Shown in pieces: positions 1 to 11,020 of a DNA stretch of 17,842 nt. The notes below the pieces were generated by a model. The model ran no database searches. It saw only the letters and a list, made by a program, of their open reading frames with translations, and was not told the origin of the DNA. Source of the stretch: Selaginella moellendorffii (lineage: Eukaryota; Plantae; Lycopodiophyta); NCBI RefSeq assembly GCF_000143415.4, contig NW_003314335.1, positions 28,202 through 46,043 of the forward strand, given 5' to 3'. The position numbers were made by a program, and so were the translations under genes. Position 1 is the first letter of the stretch. Every line of letters begins with the position of its first letter.

Positions 1-399
1 GGCGGACAACGGGGGACGGCCTCGGTGACCCGTGGGGGAAGCTTGCAAGTGTGGGTATAAGACGGTGAGGAAGAGGAAGCCCGGGCTCAAATATTGAGCA
101 TGGTTGTTAGTTTGATCGATCGAACTTTGCTGGAGAGGCACCGCTTGAATGACCAAACAAGTTCGTTGGTGACTTTAATGACCAAGTTCTTCCAAGTTCG
201 TGGGGCGACTTGTAACCAAGTTCTCAAAGTTCCAGAATAACAAGTCCAGGCTCGAAGTTCATGTGTTTGGGGAAAGGAACTGAGGACGTTTTTCAATGGA
301 GTGTCGCAAAATTGAAGAAGCGGATGCAAGTTTTCCAAAGGGGACAGGATCAAACATGAGCTCCCTTGAGCGAGATTAAACGTGAACCCAAGGTTAGCA

Positions 400-1440
400 A
401 ATTTTATAATTTTATACTCCGTTATCTTATTTAACTCTACAATGTCAAAACTATTTCCACTATGCGAAATTATTTCTAATTTATGTAAATATAATATTAG
501 GATTTAACTTATTATACCTTTATATAAATTACTTTTATTATACTACTATTTGTGCCTAGTTTGCTCATAATTTAAGATATTAAATAAATTAGTAACTATA
601 ATTATTATCATAATTTTAATATATATCATAAAATAGTAATAAACTATTCACATAATTGTAATAATGTGTAATGATATTTAAATCATTTTTCTAAGCTCAA
701 AAGAAATAAATTAATTTAGGTAATTTTGAATTATAAACTAAAATAATTTCTTGGAATCTTTTATTGTTTTCTAGTCTTTGTAACTAATTCTTTAGCCATC
801 TCCTCAGCATTAATGCATAAGTCTTTTAGATTGTCATTCTTGTCAAAATCAATTTCATTATTAAAATGGAAATATTTATAGTTACCACTGATTTTATTTA
901 ATGAATTCCTTAAAAACAGCATCTTAATTTTTTATCACATTTTAAAGATTTCTGGTTTACTAATCCCAAAAAACTTTATTTGTAGAATTTGAAAAGTTAT
1001 AAAGTTCTTTTAATGTTTCTTCAAATCTAAATCAAAATAAGTTAGTCTTCAAACTTAAAGAAAAAGATACTTTACTTTATTTATCATTTTAAATGAATAA
1101 TATTTTCCTCTTTAAAATAAATAAAGTATTTTATTTTTTCCTGGAATATTTATTACCATTATAAATTATCCAACAAAATAAACTACAAGCTAATAGTAGA
1201 AAGCATATTAATTATTAATTACTTTTTATGTATACAACATATACTCTCAAATAGTCTCATCAATATAAACCCAAAGTGGGTAGTATTGCAATCATTTCTT
1301 TTCTCTTACATGTGTTATAGTTCATTTTGCTCCTAAATATTAGTATTCCTCTCAATTAAACTATGCCTTGATCTAATATAATTGGTAGAAAACAAAAGAA
1401 CATAAAAATAAGGATTAAAAACAGGGATGTATTTGAAATT
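400..1440 (-). mobile_element. Heavily decayed, very AT-rich relic of a Ty3/Gypsy-like pol (RNase H to integrase)
   Basis: Hand translation of the minus strand gives short motif echoes in Gypsy order: MNYNTCKRKEMIAI (about 1285-1325; cf. NY...KE..AI), IPGKNK (about 1130-1151; cf. Y.PGK.N) and INAEEMAKEL...IPR (about 750-813; cf. TA..VA..F...G.P). No open frame remains and the boundaries are approximate. Confidence 0.35.
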
Positions 1441-1557
1441 TTAAATATTCCTCTCCTGGCAGGTGAGTTTACATGGTGGCGTGGGAGAAAATCATCCTCT
1501 ACTATCCATTCTTCATCTGTTGATCATCTACTAATAAAGCCCTGATGCTCCGATGTG

Positions 1558-1839
1558 TCAATATGTTTCTTCTAGAATTCTCAATGGATTGATAATGGGA
1601 GTTAAAGAAGATAAGGTGCTAAGAGGCATTATGGTTGCAAAGAAAGCACCTTCAAGAAAAGTTTTTAAAAGTATGACAAGAAAATCATTACAATAGTGGT
1701 AGATTAAATATAGATTTAGAATCCATTTTCTTCTGAAATTGGAAAATGCATCTATATAACTAAAAATATTATCCAAAGATCCTTTATCTAGATCAGTTAG
1801 ATTCTTACTATGCCCTAAAATCAAGCCATCAATATACAT
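1558..1839 (-). mobile_element. Possible degenerate Copia reverse transcriptase fragment
   Basis: The ORF starts MYIDGLILG...KGSL, resembling the Copia RT motif YVDDLIL.G....K..L. Downstream similarity is weak. Confidence 0.25.
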
Positions 1840-2279
1840 TATTCATTCATATATAAAGTGATATCACAAGTTTAGAAGAATTTTACTTTAGAAACAACAT
1901 CTAAGGATCATGGTTATAACTTGCTTTGAGTTTGTTTTTTTACTTTGATTCTTTTGTTTATCCTTTCTTCTTTTATTTCATTTTTCTCTAGTCTATTCAT
2001 TTTTTCGTGACAACAGAGCAAGATAAAGGGTTGCCATTGCTACTATGCTCTCTCATGACACTATGTTTAATTGGTTTCTTCTTGCACAAAGAAAATGGGG
2101 TGTGATTTGAAGCTTGATTTCACTCCCATAATAAGTTTTCTGGAAGAGGAATTAACTCTCTAAAGCATAGCTAACATCTAGGCAAAAACTTTTTGAGAGC
2201 TACTCTTAAGAGTTTCTAAGAAAATAGAATGAGTTGTCGCTTAAAATGGGGCTTTCACAAAATTCAATACCATATTTTA

Positions 2280-4040
2280 ACATATGAAAGTGGATCAACT
2301 CCATGCTTTTCATGCCAGAAGTGCTACTAAAGTTTGGCAAGCTCTCACATAAAGATAAAAACTATCTAGCTCAACTTAATAAAGCTTGTGAATTGCCACA
2401 TGCTTCCTAACAAGGGTGTTCATTAAAGGTATGAATATCATTTTCATCTCTAATGTATATGTTTATCTTGAAATAATTGGTTAATCTCCTGGAAACACTT
2501 TGGTAAATTGATAGTGGTGCTTGTTCTTATTAAAACTAAATTTTTCACAATGTGTAACAAATGAGACATCTATTTCTTGGAAACATATTTTTAGAAGCTC
2601 TTTTATCATAATCCAAAAATATCAAAGACTCTCATTTTATATCAAAGTTTTCCAATGAAGGCATTTTGTCTTTTATTATGGCACTCATGTTGACTTTATT
2701 TTTCTTAATAAAGGTCATTTCAATAGGCTCTATCAAAGGTAATCTATACTAATTACATTCAAAAGTGGTACAATGTAATTATGGCCTAATTTAGACTATG
2801 TCAAATTTTGGTATAAAAAATCATTTCAAAAAGTATTTATCCTTAATCTCATCTTTATCAATATTTGGTATTCTTCTATAGAAGCCATCCATCATACACA
2901 TTGTTTTTATTTTTAATAATTATCAATAACTACAGCTGCAAGTCATGGATAATTGTACTAAAAAACTGTGTTGAAGCATGCATTGTTCTTTTATACAAAT
3001 CCAAAATAAAACTAAGCAATCTATCAGATAACTTCGAGTAGATAATATTAAAGAATTCATATAGCAAGAATTTCGAAGGCTTTTTTAAGAGTATGGGGAT
3101 TCACCTCCAATGCTAAAAGAACACAGCCAAAATAGTGTTGAGAGGAAAATACTTTCTTTAGATATCACTCAATATATTATGAAATATACAGCAAAAGTTT
3201 CAAATTCTTTCTAGATAGAACCAACTCATCTGTTTATCTTTATAATTAGCTTCCAACTTGTGTTGTTAACGCAGTCATACCAGAGCAGTGCTGGTTAGCA
3301 TGTTCGAGTTTTTGGCTTCCTCAGTTATACTCATATATCAATTGAAGTTCATCAACATAAGCTTCAAAATAAAACATAATAAATATTGCATGTTATTAGG
3401 ATACACTCTGAATGAGGAAGATTCATATAGAGTTTGGCTCTTTGATGTAAAAAGTATTATCTCTCAACAAACAATACAATTTTGATGAGTTAAAATTTAT
3501 ATAGCATTTATATGGGTTGTTATCTTTTATGCAAAATGAATAGACATGCACAATTCAACATCAGATTTATCTAAATCAAAATAGATTCTAAATCACTAAG
3601 ATTACTAAGGATTTTTTCTCATATTTCTCATCATGAGTTTATAAATACTTGTGAGCAACGTACACAAGATATACATCCTCCATTCAACATATCTATCCAA
3701 ATCAAATTAAAGAATTTGATTATGATCAGTCATTTCTACATAGTACTTTAGATTCTGTCTCAGATTCAGATACTACCAAAGAACACTATTATTGAAGTCC
3801 TAAAACCATAAAAGAATCTTAGGTGACAGCCTTCTCAAAAGCTTAACATTTATTACTTATATTTTGTGGTTGTAAACCTTGCAATGGTATCAAATGAACC
3901 ACAGACTTAAAAAGGCTCTTTTAGGCATTTGGGAGTGTAGATTAGAATTTTCTTAGATCTTTGGTGATATAAATGTACAAAACTGGTTTTGTGATCAAAG
4001 AATACCCTCAAAAACAAGCATTGATTATACAGAGATATAC
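2280..4040 (+). mobile_element. Degenerate Ty1/Copia gag-pol relic
   Basis: Motif remnants in Copia order: SATKVWQAL (gag, about 2320-2345), IDSGAC (protease, about 2507-2525), RVDN and QNSVERK (integrase, about 3035-3150), YCMLLGY...YRVW (about 3385-3440), EPQT (about 3895) and YKTGFVIKEYPQK...IDY (RT start, cf. YKARLVAKGYSQK.GIDY; about 3976-4030). Many stops and frameshifts. Confidence 0.75.
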
Positions 4041-4103
4041 TACAATACACCAAGACATGGGAGAGCAAAATGGTTTTAGAGCTGTTCAAAGCTTTTGAAG
4101 GTT

Positions 4104-5363
4104 CAAAGAAATACCCAGCAAAATGTTGGCTGGTTGGCAAGTCTTAATAGAAGTTCTCAAAAGTTTAAATCTGAGCCAAAAAGATTCTAAGATATGTTGG
4201 CTAAGAGTTTTATAGGCAAAAAAAATGAAAAGAAGCCATCCAACACCTAGATTCCTAGCACCTCATCATGCTCAATGTTCCTTATGCCCATTCTCAGTTT
4301 GTTGCTATTTACTATCATCATATATTTGAAGCAACATGTAAAACACCAAAAAGTGCAAAGATTACCTACCAGCAGAGACAAATAATCATGATTTTTAGTG
4401 TGCCTAAGTGTTAACCTTTGCGAATTAGTGTGGTCATTATGAAGCACAACTCCAATTCTGAGACCCTTGTTTTTTATAAAAGAATTCCAGTCATAGAAAG
4501 AGACAAGAAGAAATTCTCCCTAGGAACTACTCCAATGACTATGGCTGGGACGGTCTCTCAGCCGACCCAGAAGTGTTTGCACAAAATCAAGAGCTCAAAG
4601 TCATCCATTGCTGGTAAAATGAATGCCTTCAATTGTGCTCACCCTGCCATGGCAGTATGGCTACTACCGTAAGAGCCAACTTCTCACATGTTGAAACCCA
4701 GTATAGAACCTGAAAATTGAATTGATTTTGCGTCCTTCGCAAGAACCAAGAAATCTTACCTATTTCTAGCTGAGCAGGAAATTCTTCTGAGAGATGAAAC
4801 CATACTCTCCAGTTCTATAACCCCCAGGTGAAGTTGCACCCGTCCAAACACCAGTTTTCACAGAAAGTTGGAGAAGGAACTCAAGCATCCAGCAATGAAA
4901 GTGACCACAGTTGTAAACTCCAAACCTAAGGGCTTAGAGTAAATCTGAAATTCAATCCCTGTATCAAAGAGCCCTTTTGCACTAAAAAACCAACAAGCAT
5001 TTTGTTCATCACTGGATTTGTAACACCTAATTTAGCACACGGCCAAAAAAATTTGCAAAATTCTATGGTACTTTCTAATTCCCTAAGCCGACTCTTGGCA
5101 CAGCTCTAATTGACTGCCAAGGAGCAAAGTTTCCAACAGAAGGAGAATTTGGATCCTGGCAGCCCATGGGGCACAGATTGGATACAATTATTGTGCAAGA
5201 GCACCGAGAATCAAGGAAGGATCAGGTTCCATTGTGAATTGCCTGAATTTCTCTCCTTTTTCACACCAGCCAGTTGTTAGAGCTACGGTGCAAACATCCA
5301 CAAAAAATTTACAAAAACCATGGGAATCAAACCTAGGATCAGACGGCTGTGGGAGTCTATAGA
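4104..5363 (-). mobile_element. Putative non-autonomous Helitron related to the adjacent large Helitron
   Basis: The minus strand begins A|TCTATAGACTCCCACAGCCGTCTGATCCTAGGT...CCATGGTT, matching the 5' end of the large element (A|TCTATA...CCCAC...CAGCCGTCCGATCCCAGGT...CCATGGTT). Minus-strand 4135-4112 (AACCAGCCAACATTTTGCTGGGTA) resembles the large element's 3' hairpin region (AACCGCCCAGCATTTGCTGGGCA). The terminal CTRR is not preserved. Confidence 0.5.
4260..4990 (-). pseudogene. Unidentified spliced gene-like fragment, possible Helitron cargo
   Basis: Clean 50-nt intron-like segment on the minus strand (AG|GTAAGA...TTTTCAG|GT, 4759-4710), plus other donor- and acceptor-like sites (GTGAGC about 4640, GTAATC about 4365, TTTCAG about 4945). 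No protein family recognised. Confidence 0.3.
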
Positions 5364-5434
5364 TGTTCACCAAAACAATATCTATAATAATAAGAACGAA
5401 GAACCCACACCACCGCAGCCGTCCGATCCCAGGT
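5331..5434. repeat. Inverted repeat with 22-bp arms (5331-5352 and 5413-5434) and an inner 7-bp inverted repeat (5358-5364 and 5380-5386)
   Basis: ACCTAGGATCAGACGGCTGTGG vs CCGCAGCCGTCCGATCCCAGGT: 19/22 reverse-complement identity, all three differences transitions. The inner pair is TATAGAT/ATCTATA. Confidence 0.85.
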
Positions 5435-5827
5435 CCGGGGCAGCCTCGGAAGCCATGGTTCTCGGCGAGGGGAGGCCAGCCCAGGCTTGGGCCAGGGCCG
5501 GTGGCCATGGTTAGCGGGAATATCGGCTCAATGTTGTGGCGGCCAATGGGCGGGATGCACGCGTGGCCGGGAAGGGAAGAGGGCGTGGTGACAGGTGTTA
5601 TGCCATGCACTCCTAGGCCTCCATGGCTGCTCTGGTCGGACACGGTTTTGGGGGCATTCCCGTGCGTGGTAAGTAACAGGGGCGAGAGTAATGGTAGGAT
5701 CAACGAGGCCTAGGCGAAGCAGGAGATGCTGGCTTACATCGAGCTGTTCTTGAATGGCGGCCATTCTGGTCTGAGGAAATCCTCCCATTTGCAGCAGCGT
5801 TCGGTATGATCCCTGTTGGAGATCTGC

Positions 5828-5995
5828 GTCTTTACCAGTGGATTCATAGAACGCTACTCTTTGAAGGTATGGCATGGAGTCCCTCTTTTGCATTAGAGCG
5901 AATGTTGTGAAGGGGAGCTGACACCTCTCTGTGGGATTTGCAGGTGAGAGAAGATGTACCTCGGTGATTTTCACTTGAAAGTCGTCCATTTTCAT
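5828..5995 (-). pseudogene. BAHD acyltransferase N-terminal fragment (about 56 codons) inside the Helitron
   Basis: MKMDDFQVKITEVHLLSPANPTERCQLPFTTFALMQKRDSMPYLQRVAFYES fits the typical Transferase-family start (V.I....V.P..PT...L....Y.Q...FY). Similarity stops before the HXXXD motif. Confidence 0.7.
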
Positions 5996-6178
5996 CTTCA
6001 CCCCGTCGAAGATCCAAGCCCGAACTCGCAGTGACAAGCAAAGCAGCACAGGGACTCCTAGAGGCTCGGGGATATTATATTCTAAAAAGCACGCACGGAT
6101 TGATTGGAGTCAAGTCATGTCACACAAGCAGACGAGACGATGGACTCTGGATATTAACACGTAAGGTGGTACACAGGA

Positions 6179-6395
6179 TTAATTCGTTTTGACTTTCTCA
6201 CTGAACTTTGCCATTGTTTCAGGAGGAAGGAACACTGTGACTTCAATGGCTTTCCCACCTCTCGGTGACGGGTCGTAGAAGCAGAAGCCGTTCCACAACT
6301 TCGTAGCGTGTCGAACAGCGTGTCGAACAGGCTGGTTTCCCCCATCCAAAGTCCAGACTATACATTGGAAATCTTGGAGAGCTACCAAAGATTGG
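6179..6395 (-). pseudogene. BAHD acyltransferase C-terminal fragment with a frameshift
   Basis: GSSPRFPMYSLDFGWGKPA (DFGWG at 6353-6339), continuing after a frameshift as VRHATKLWNGFCFYDPSPRGGKAIEVTVFLPPETMAKFSEKVKTN*. A 12-bp tandem duplication AGCGTGTCGAAC lies at 6305-6328. Confidence 0.9.
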
Positions 6396-6590
6396 TAAAC
6401 ACAACATTGGAGTTATTTTGTTGTTCTTGAGTGTGCTTTGCAAAAGTCTAATATTTTCCTTTCAGATCATTACATAGTTGTGAAATTTATATATATCCAA
6501 CTGTAGTCTGCATTTCTATTCTGCATAAATTTCTATACAAACTCAATTAAAATATATATATTATCAAACCTATAATTGAAGTGACTGAAA

Positions 6591-9500
6591 ATGCCTCGCC
6601 TCCGCCATCTTTTGAGAACCATACGACATAGTAAACAACCTAATGGAGATTTAGATGCCTTTGAAACTATGATTGATCATGATACACATACTATAGCTGT
6701 TCAAAATAATCATGATAATGATTCTATACACCTAAATATTAATCATGATAATGACTATATACAGCAATCAGTTGGACACTCAGAAGCATCTGGAACCTTA
6801 CATGCATGTCATTATGACAATTACATATATCAAGCAATATTAAATCCACCACCCCCACCCATGAATACCACATTAGCAAGCCATAGCATCTATAATGACT
6901 TTAACATAATAAATTTTAATATTGGTAGTTTATCATTTGTTTGTACTTTTTGTAATGCATTGCATTTTAAAGATGAAAACTCTTCAATGTGTTGCCAGAA
7001 TAACCAAGTTATATTACCTCCAATTTCACCCTTACCATTTGATTTACTTTCACTTTACAAGCAAAATAAGAACTCTAATTTTAAAACAAATATTAGACAC
7101 TACAATAGTGCTCTTGCTTTTGCATCTATGTCTTCTAATATTGATATTGTAAAAGGTCATGGTCCTTATTGCTTTAAAATCCATGGTCAAATATATCATA
7201 ATATTGTTTCAGCACATCCTTCTGAAGGTCAATATCGAACTTATGGACAACTTTATATGCTTGATACTCTAGAAGCTACAAATATAAGAAAGCAAAACCC
7301 TTTTAATTCAAGTTGTGAGACAAACTTACTTAAACATCTTGATGCTCTCCTTCGTCATGTTAACCCATATGCTCAAGTTTTCAAAATGATGTATGAAATG
7401 GAACAAGAAGAAATTCGTTCTGCTACGCTTTCAAGTTATCCTATACGTGGTGTTTACATGTTATTAAAAACTGAAAGAACTAATCCACAACGCTATAATG
7501 CTCCACGGACAAATGATGTTGCTGTTGTATTTGTTAGTGATGATGGAGAACCGCCACATAGTCGTGAAATTTGTATATATCCAACTGCAAGCAATTCTAA
7601 ATGTATCTCAACACTTGATAATAATTGTGATCCAATGGTTTACCCATTAATATTTCCTTTTGGTGATAGAGGTTGGCATGAAAATATTTTTAATTCTAGA
7701 CGTCGAATTACATTGCTCCAATATTATACATACCGTTTATTTATAAGAGACACAATACGCTTTGGTTTTGATCAAATTTTACATGCAGGAAAATTCACAC
7801 AACAATATATTGTCGATGCTTATGTAAAAGTTGAAAGCAATAATTTGAATTACTATTGCACTCATCAAAAACAATTGCGAGTTGAAATGTATACTGGTCT
7901 TATGGATTATGTTGCAAACCGTGCTACTAATGAAAATATAAATCCAGACAAGATTGTTATTTTACCTTCAAGTTTTGGGGGTGGCCCTAGAGCAATGCAA
8001 CAAAATTATCAAGATGCAATGGCTATAGTTACTCATTTTTCAAAGCCAGATCTTTTCATTACTTTTACATGCAATCCCAAATGGCCAGAAATTTCTAAAA
8101 ACTTACATCCAAATGAAAGCCCTGAGGATCGTCCAGACTTGGTTTCTAGAGTATTTCATATCAAACTTAAAGAATTTTTGAATGATATTACTAAAAAACA
8201 TATTTTTGGAAATTGTATTGCTTTTATATATGTAATTGAATTTCAAAAGAGAGGCCTTCCACATTGTCACTTTCTAGGGATTTTATCTCATGAAAACAAG
8301 ATTAAAGACCGTGATGCTATTGACCAATACATAACGGCACAATTGCTTGATCCTCAAAAGGAACCTGAAATTTCAAAAATAATTACATCTCATATGATAC
8401 ATGGTCTATGTGGGCCTCTTTACCCTAATAGTCTTTGCATGGAAAATGGCACTTGCTCACAAGGTTATCCAAAAAAATTTAATTATGAACTACTTTTAGT
8501 GTTGATGGATATCCAGATTATTATAGACCTGATAATGGCCGCACATTTCTAAAAAATGGGTGTTATATTGATAATCGTTGGGTAGTGCCTTATAATAAAT
8601 ACCTTTGTAAAAAATATAATGCTCATATTAATATTGAAATTTGTGCTACTATAAAAAGTATTAAGTATTTATTTCAATATGTTTATAAAGGTTATGATTG
8701 TGCTACAATTGAAATCCATTCAACAACCCAACAACCTGATAATATTTTAAATTGGGATGAAATCTCAACATTTTTAAATACACGTTATGTATCTGCCCCA
8801 TAGGCAATATGGAGACTTTTTAAATTTAAAATGCATGGTCTTTCGACCCCTAGAATCCGTCTTCCTATCCATCTTCCAAATTTTCAAAACGTCTATTTTA
8901 TAGAAGGTTCTGAACAAATAGCACTTCAAAGAGCTACTCAAAATGGTACGATGTTGACAAAATGGTTTGAATTAAATATAAATGACCCAAATGCTAGACA
9001 ATATACATATCCTGAAATCCCTTTATATTATACATTTAACCCTCATACTCATAACTGGCAAATTCGCCATACAAGAAATGTCATTCCTCGAATGTATTCT
9101 GTGTCGCCATCTAATGTTGAACTATATCATTTACGTCTTATTTTACTCCATAAAAAAGGTGCTACATCTTTCAAAGATCTCAAGACAGTTAACAATATTT
9201 ATTATAACACATTTCAACAAGTTGCAGATGCAATGGGGCTTATAGCTGATGATACCGAATGGGAAAAATGTTTAGAAGATGCTTGCTTTTTTAGAATGCC
9301 ATCACAATTAAAACAATTATTTGTATTACTTTGTATCTTTTGCACTCCAAAAGATCCTTACCTCCTGTGGGATAAATTTAAAGACTTCCTCTCTGAGGAT
9401 TTCATGCAAACAAATCCAATTTTTCATTATGAACATGCTTTACATGATATAAATATTAAAATGAAAATGCATGGCAAAACTAATCAAAACTATCATCTAC

Positions 9501-10978
9501 CTATGCCGTCTGAAAATTTTGATGATGAAAATATTGTCAACTCAACACAAATATATCAAAATGTTGAACAAAATATTCCTCGATTTAATCAAGAATAATT
9601 AAATATTTTTAATGATATTCTTAATATTATTGATCACCCAACTGAGCATAATCGATACATTTTCATTGATGGTCCTGGTGGTACTGGTAAAACACTTCTT
9701 CTTAACACTCTTATAAATATTTTACAACTGAAAAAAATAAATGTTGTTAGCATGGCTTGGACAGGAATTGCAAGTACTTTACTTTATAATGGCCGAACTT
9801 CACATACTACTTTTAAACTTCCTGTTCCAATAAATGAAACATCAACTTCCGCTACAACTGCTAATAGTGAAGCAGGTATAAAAATCAAAACTACTAATGT
9901 ATTGTTATGGGATGAAATAAGTATGGTTCACACTCATGCATTCACTGCTGTTGATTGAGTGTTGCGAGACCTAAAAAATACATCATTACCTTTTGGTGGC
10001 ATAATTGTTGTTACTAACGGGGACTTTAGACAAACACTTCTAGTCATTCCACATGGACATAGAGCACAAATTGTTTCAAATTCTGTAAGAATGAATAAAT
10101 TATGGAGATTATTTAGAAAGTTATCTTTGAAAACAAATATGCGGCTTGCTGAAAGTGATAAATCATGGTCTGAATGGCTTCTCAAAGTTGGAAATGGTGA
10201 AAATTTTGAAAATTTACCATCTTTACCTTCTAACTCCATTTTATTACCTCATACACAACTAATTTATTCATCAATTATTGATTTTGTCTACCCTTCAGTA
10301 TTTGATATTTCAAACCCTTATATTGCAGCCAACCGAGTCATACTTACCCCACTTAACGATGATACATTTGCACTCAACAACACTATTGTCTCTAGATTAC
10401 AAGGTGATACATACATCTACAAAAGCATTGATTTTGTTGACACTGAACATCCTGAAAATTTTCCAACAGAATTCCTAAATTCTATCACACCTTCTGGTCT
10501 CCCACCACATAAACTCTCTCTCAAACAAGGTGTTATTCTTATCCTCCTAAGAAATATGTCTCCATCAACAGGATTATGCAATGGTACACGTCTCATCCTG
10601 AAAAATGCACTACCAAATGTTTTAGATTGTGAAATTGTGATGGGGCAATTTAAAGGGACAAGAGTTTTTATCCCACGTATTACACTAATACCATCAAATA
10701 CAGAAATTCCATTCAAAATGTCCAGACGACAATTTCCAATTTGTTTGGGTTACTGTTTAACAATCTCCAAATGCCAAGGACAAACATTTGACCGAGTTGA
10801 AGTTTACTTGCCCCACCCAGTTTTCACTCATGGACAACTTTACGTGGCTTTATCAAGATGTACATCACCACATGGACTTGGAATTAAAGTTCAAAACACC
10901 ACATGCCAAGGCCACCTCTTTCCTCAAGATCCTTCTATTTTTACAATTAACATTGTCTATAAAGAGGTTTTATATTGA
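6591..10978 (+). pseudogene. Helitron RepHel transposase (HUH Rep + PIF1-family helicase), intronless and disrupted; about 1460 aa when repaired
   Basis: CxxC...CC zinc-finger-like region; Rep motifs KPDLFITFTCNPKWPEI, VIEFQKRGLPHCH and SIKYLFQYVYKG; helicase motifs GPGGTGKT (9671-9694), WDEISM, GDFRQ, TISKCQGQT and HGQLYVALSR. One frameshift near 8485-8490 (continues as VDGYPDYYRPDNGR...IDNRWVVPYN) and in-frame stops at 8801 (TAG), 9596 (TAA) and 9956 (TGA). Confidence 0.96.
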
Positions 10979-10993
10979 ACCTCTTTGTAAACC

Positions 10994-11020
10994 GCCCAGC
11001 ATTTGCTGGGCAAGTACTCG
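10994..11020 (+). other. Helitron 3' hairpin and terminus
   Basis: GCCCAGC-ATTT-GCTGGGC perfect 7-bp stem, followed after 5 nt by CTCG and then host T. Confidence 0.85.

Larger units (their letters stand above)
5381..11020 (+). mobile_element. Helitron (rolling-circle transposon), near full length, formerly autonomous
   Basis: 5' end A|TCTATAATAATAAG at 5381, a RepHel gene, GC-rich subterminal hairpin at 10994-11011, then AAGTA-CTCG|T. It sits between host A and T with no target-site duplication. The 5' boundary is less certain than the 3' boundary. Confidence 0.85.

Noticed and set aside
155-262. Repeated CAAGTT(C) motifs, with a small GCTCAA/TTGAGC hairpin at 85-99 just upstream
   Set aside because: Irregular spacing and short units. 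Not a CRISPR-like or tandem array, and the origin cannot be assigned.
5188-5713. ORFs 5188-5703, 5320-5514 and 5363-5713
   Set aside because: They cross the inferred Helitron boundary in GC-rich subterminal DNA and show no recognisable domain.
5839-5852. 14-mer TGGATTCATAGAAC shared in inverted form with about 15865-15878
   Set aside because: About one such 14-mer match is expected by chance in a window of this size, and it does not extend.
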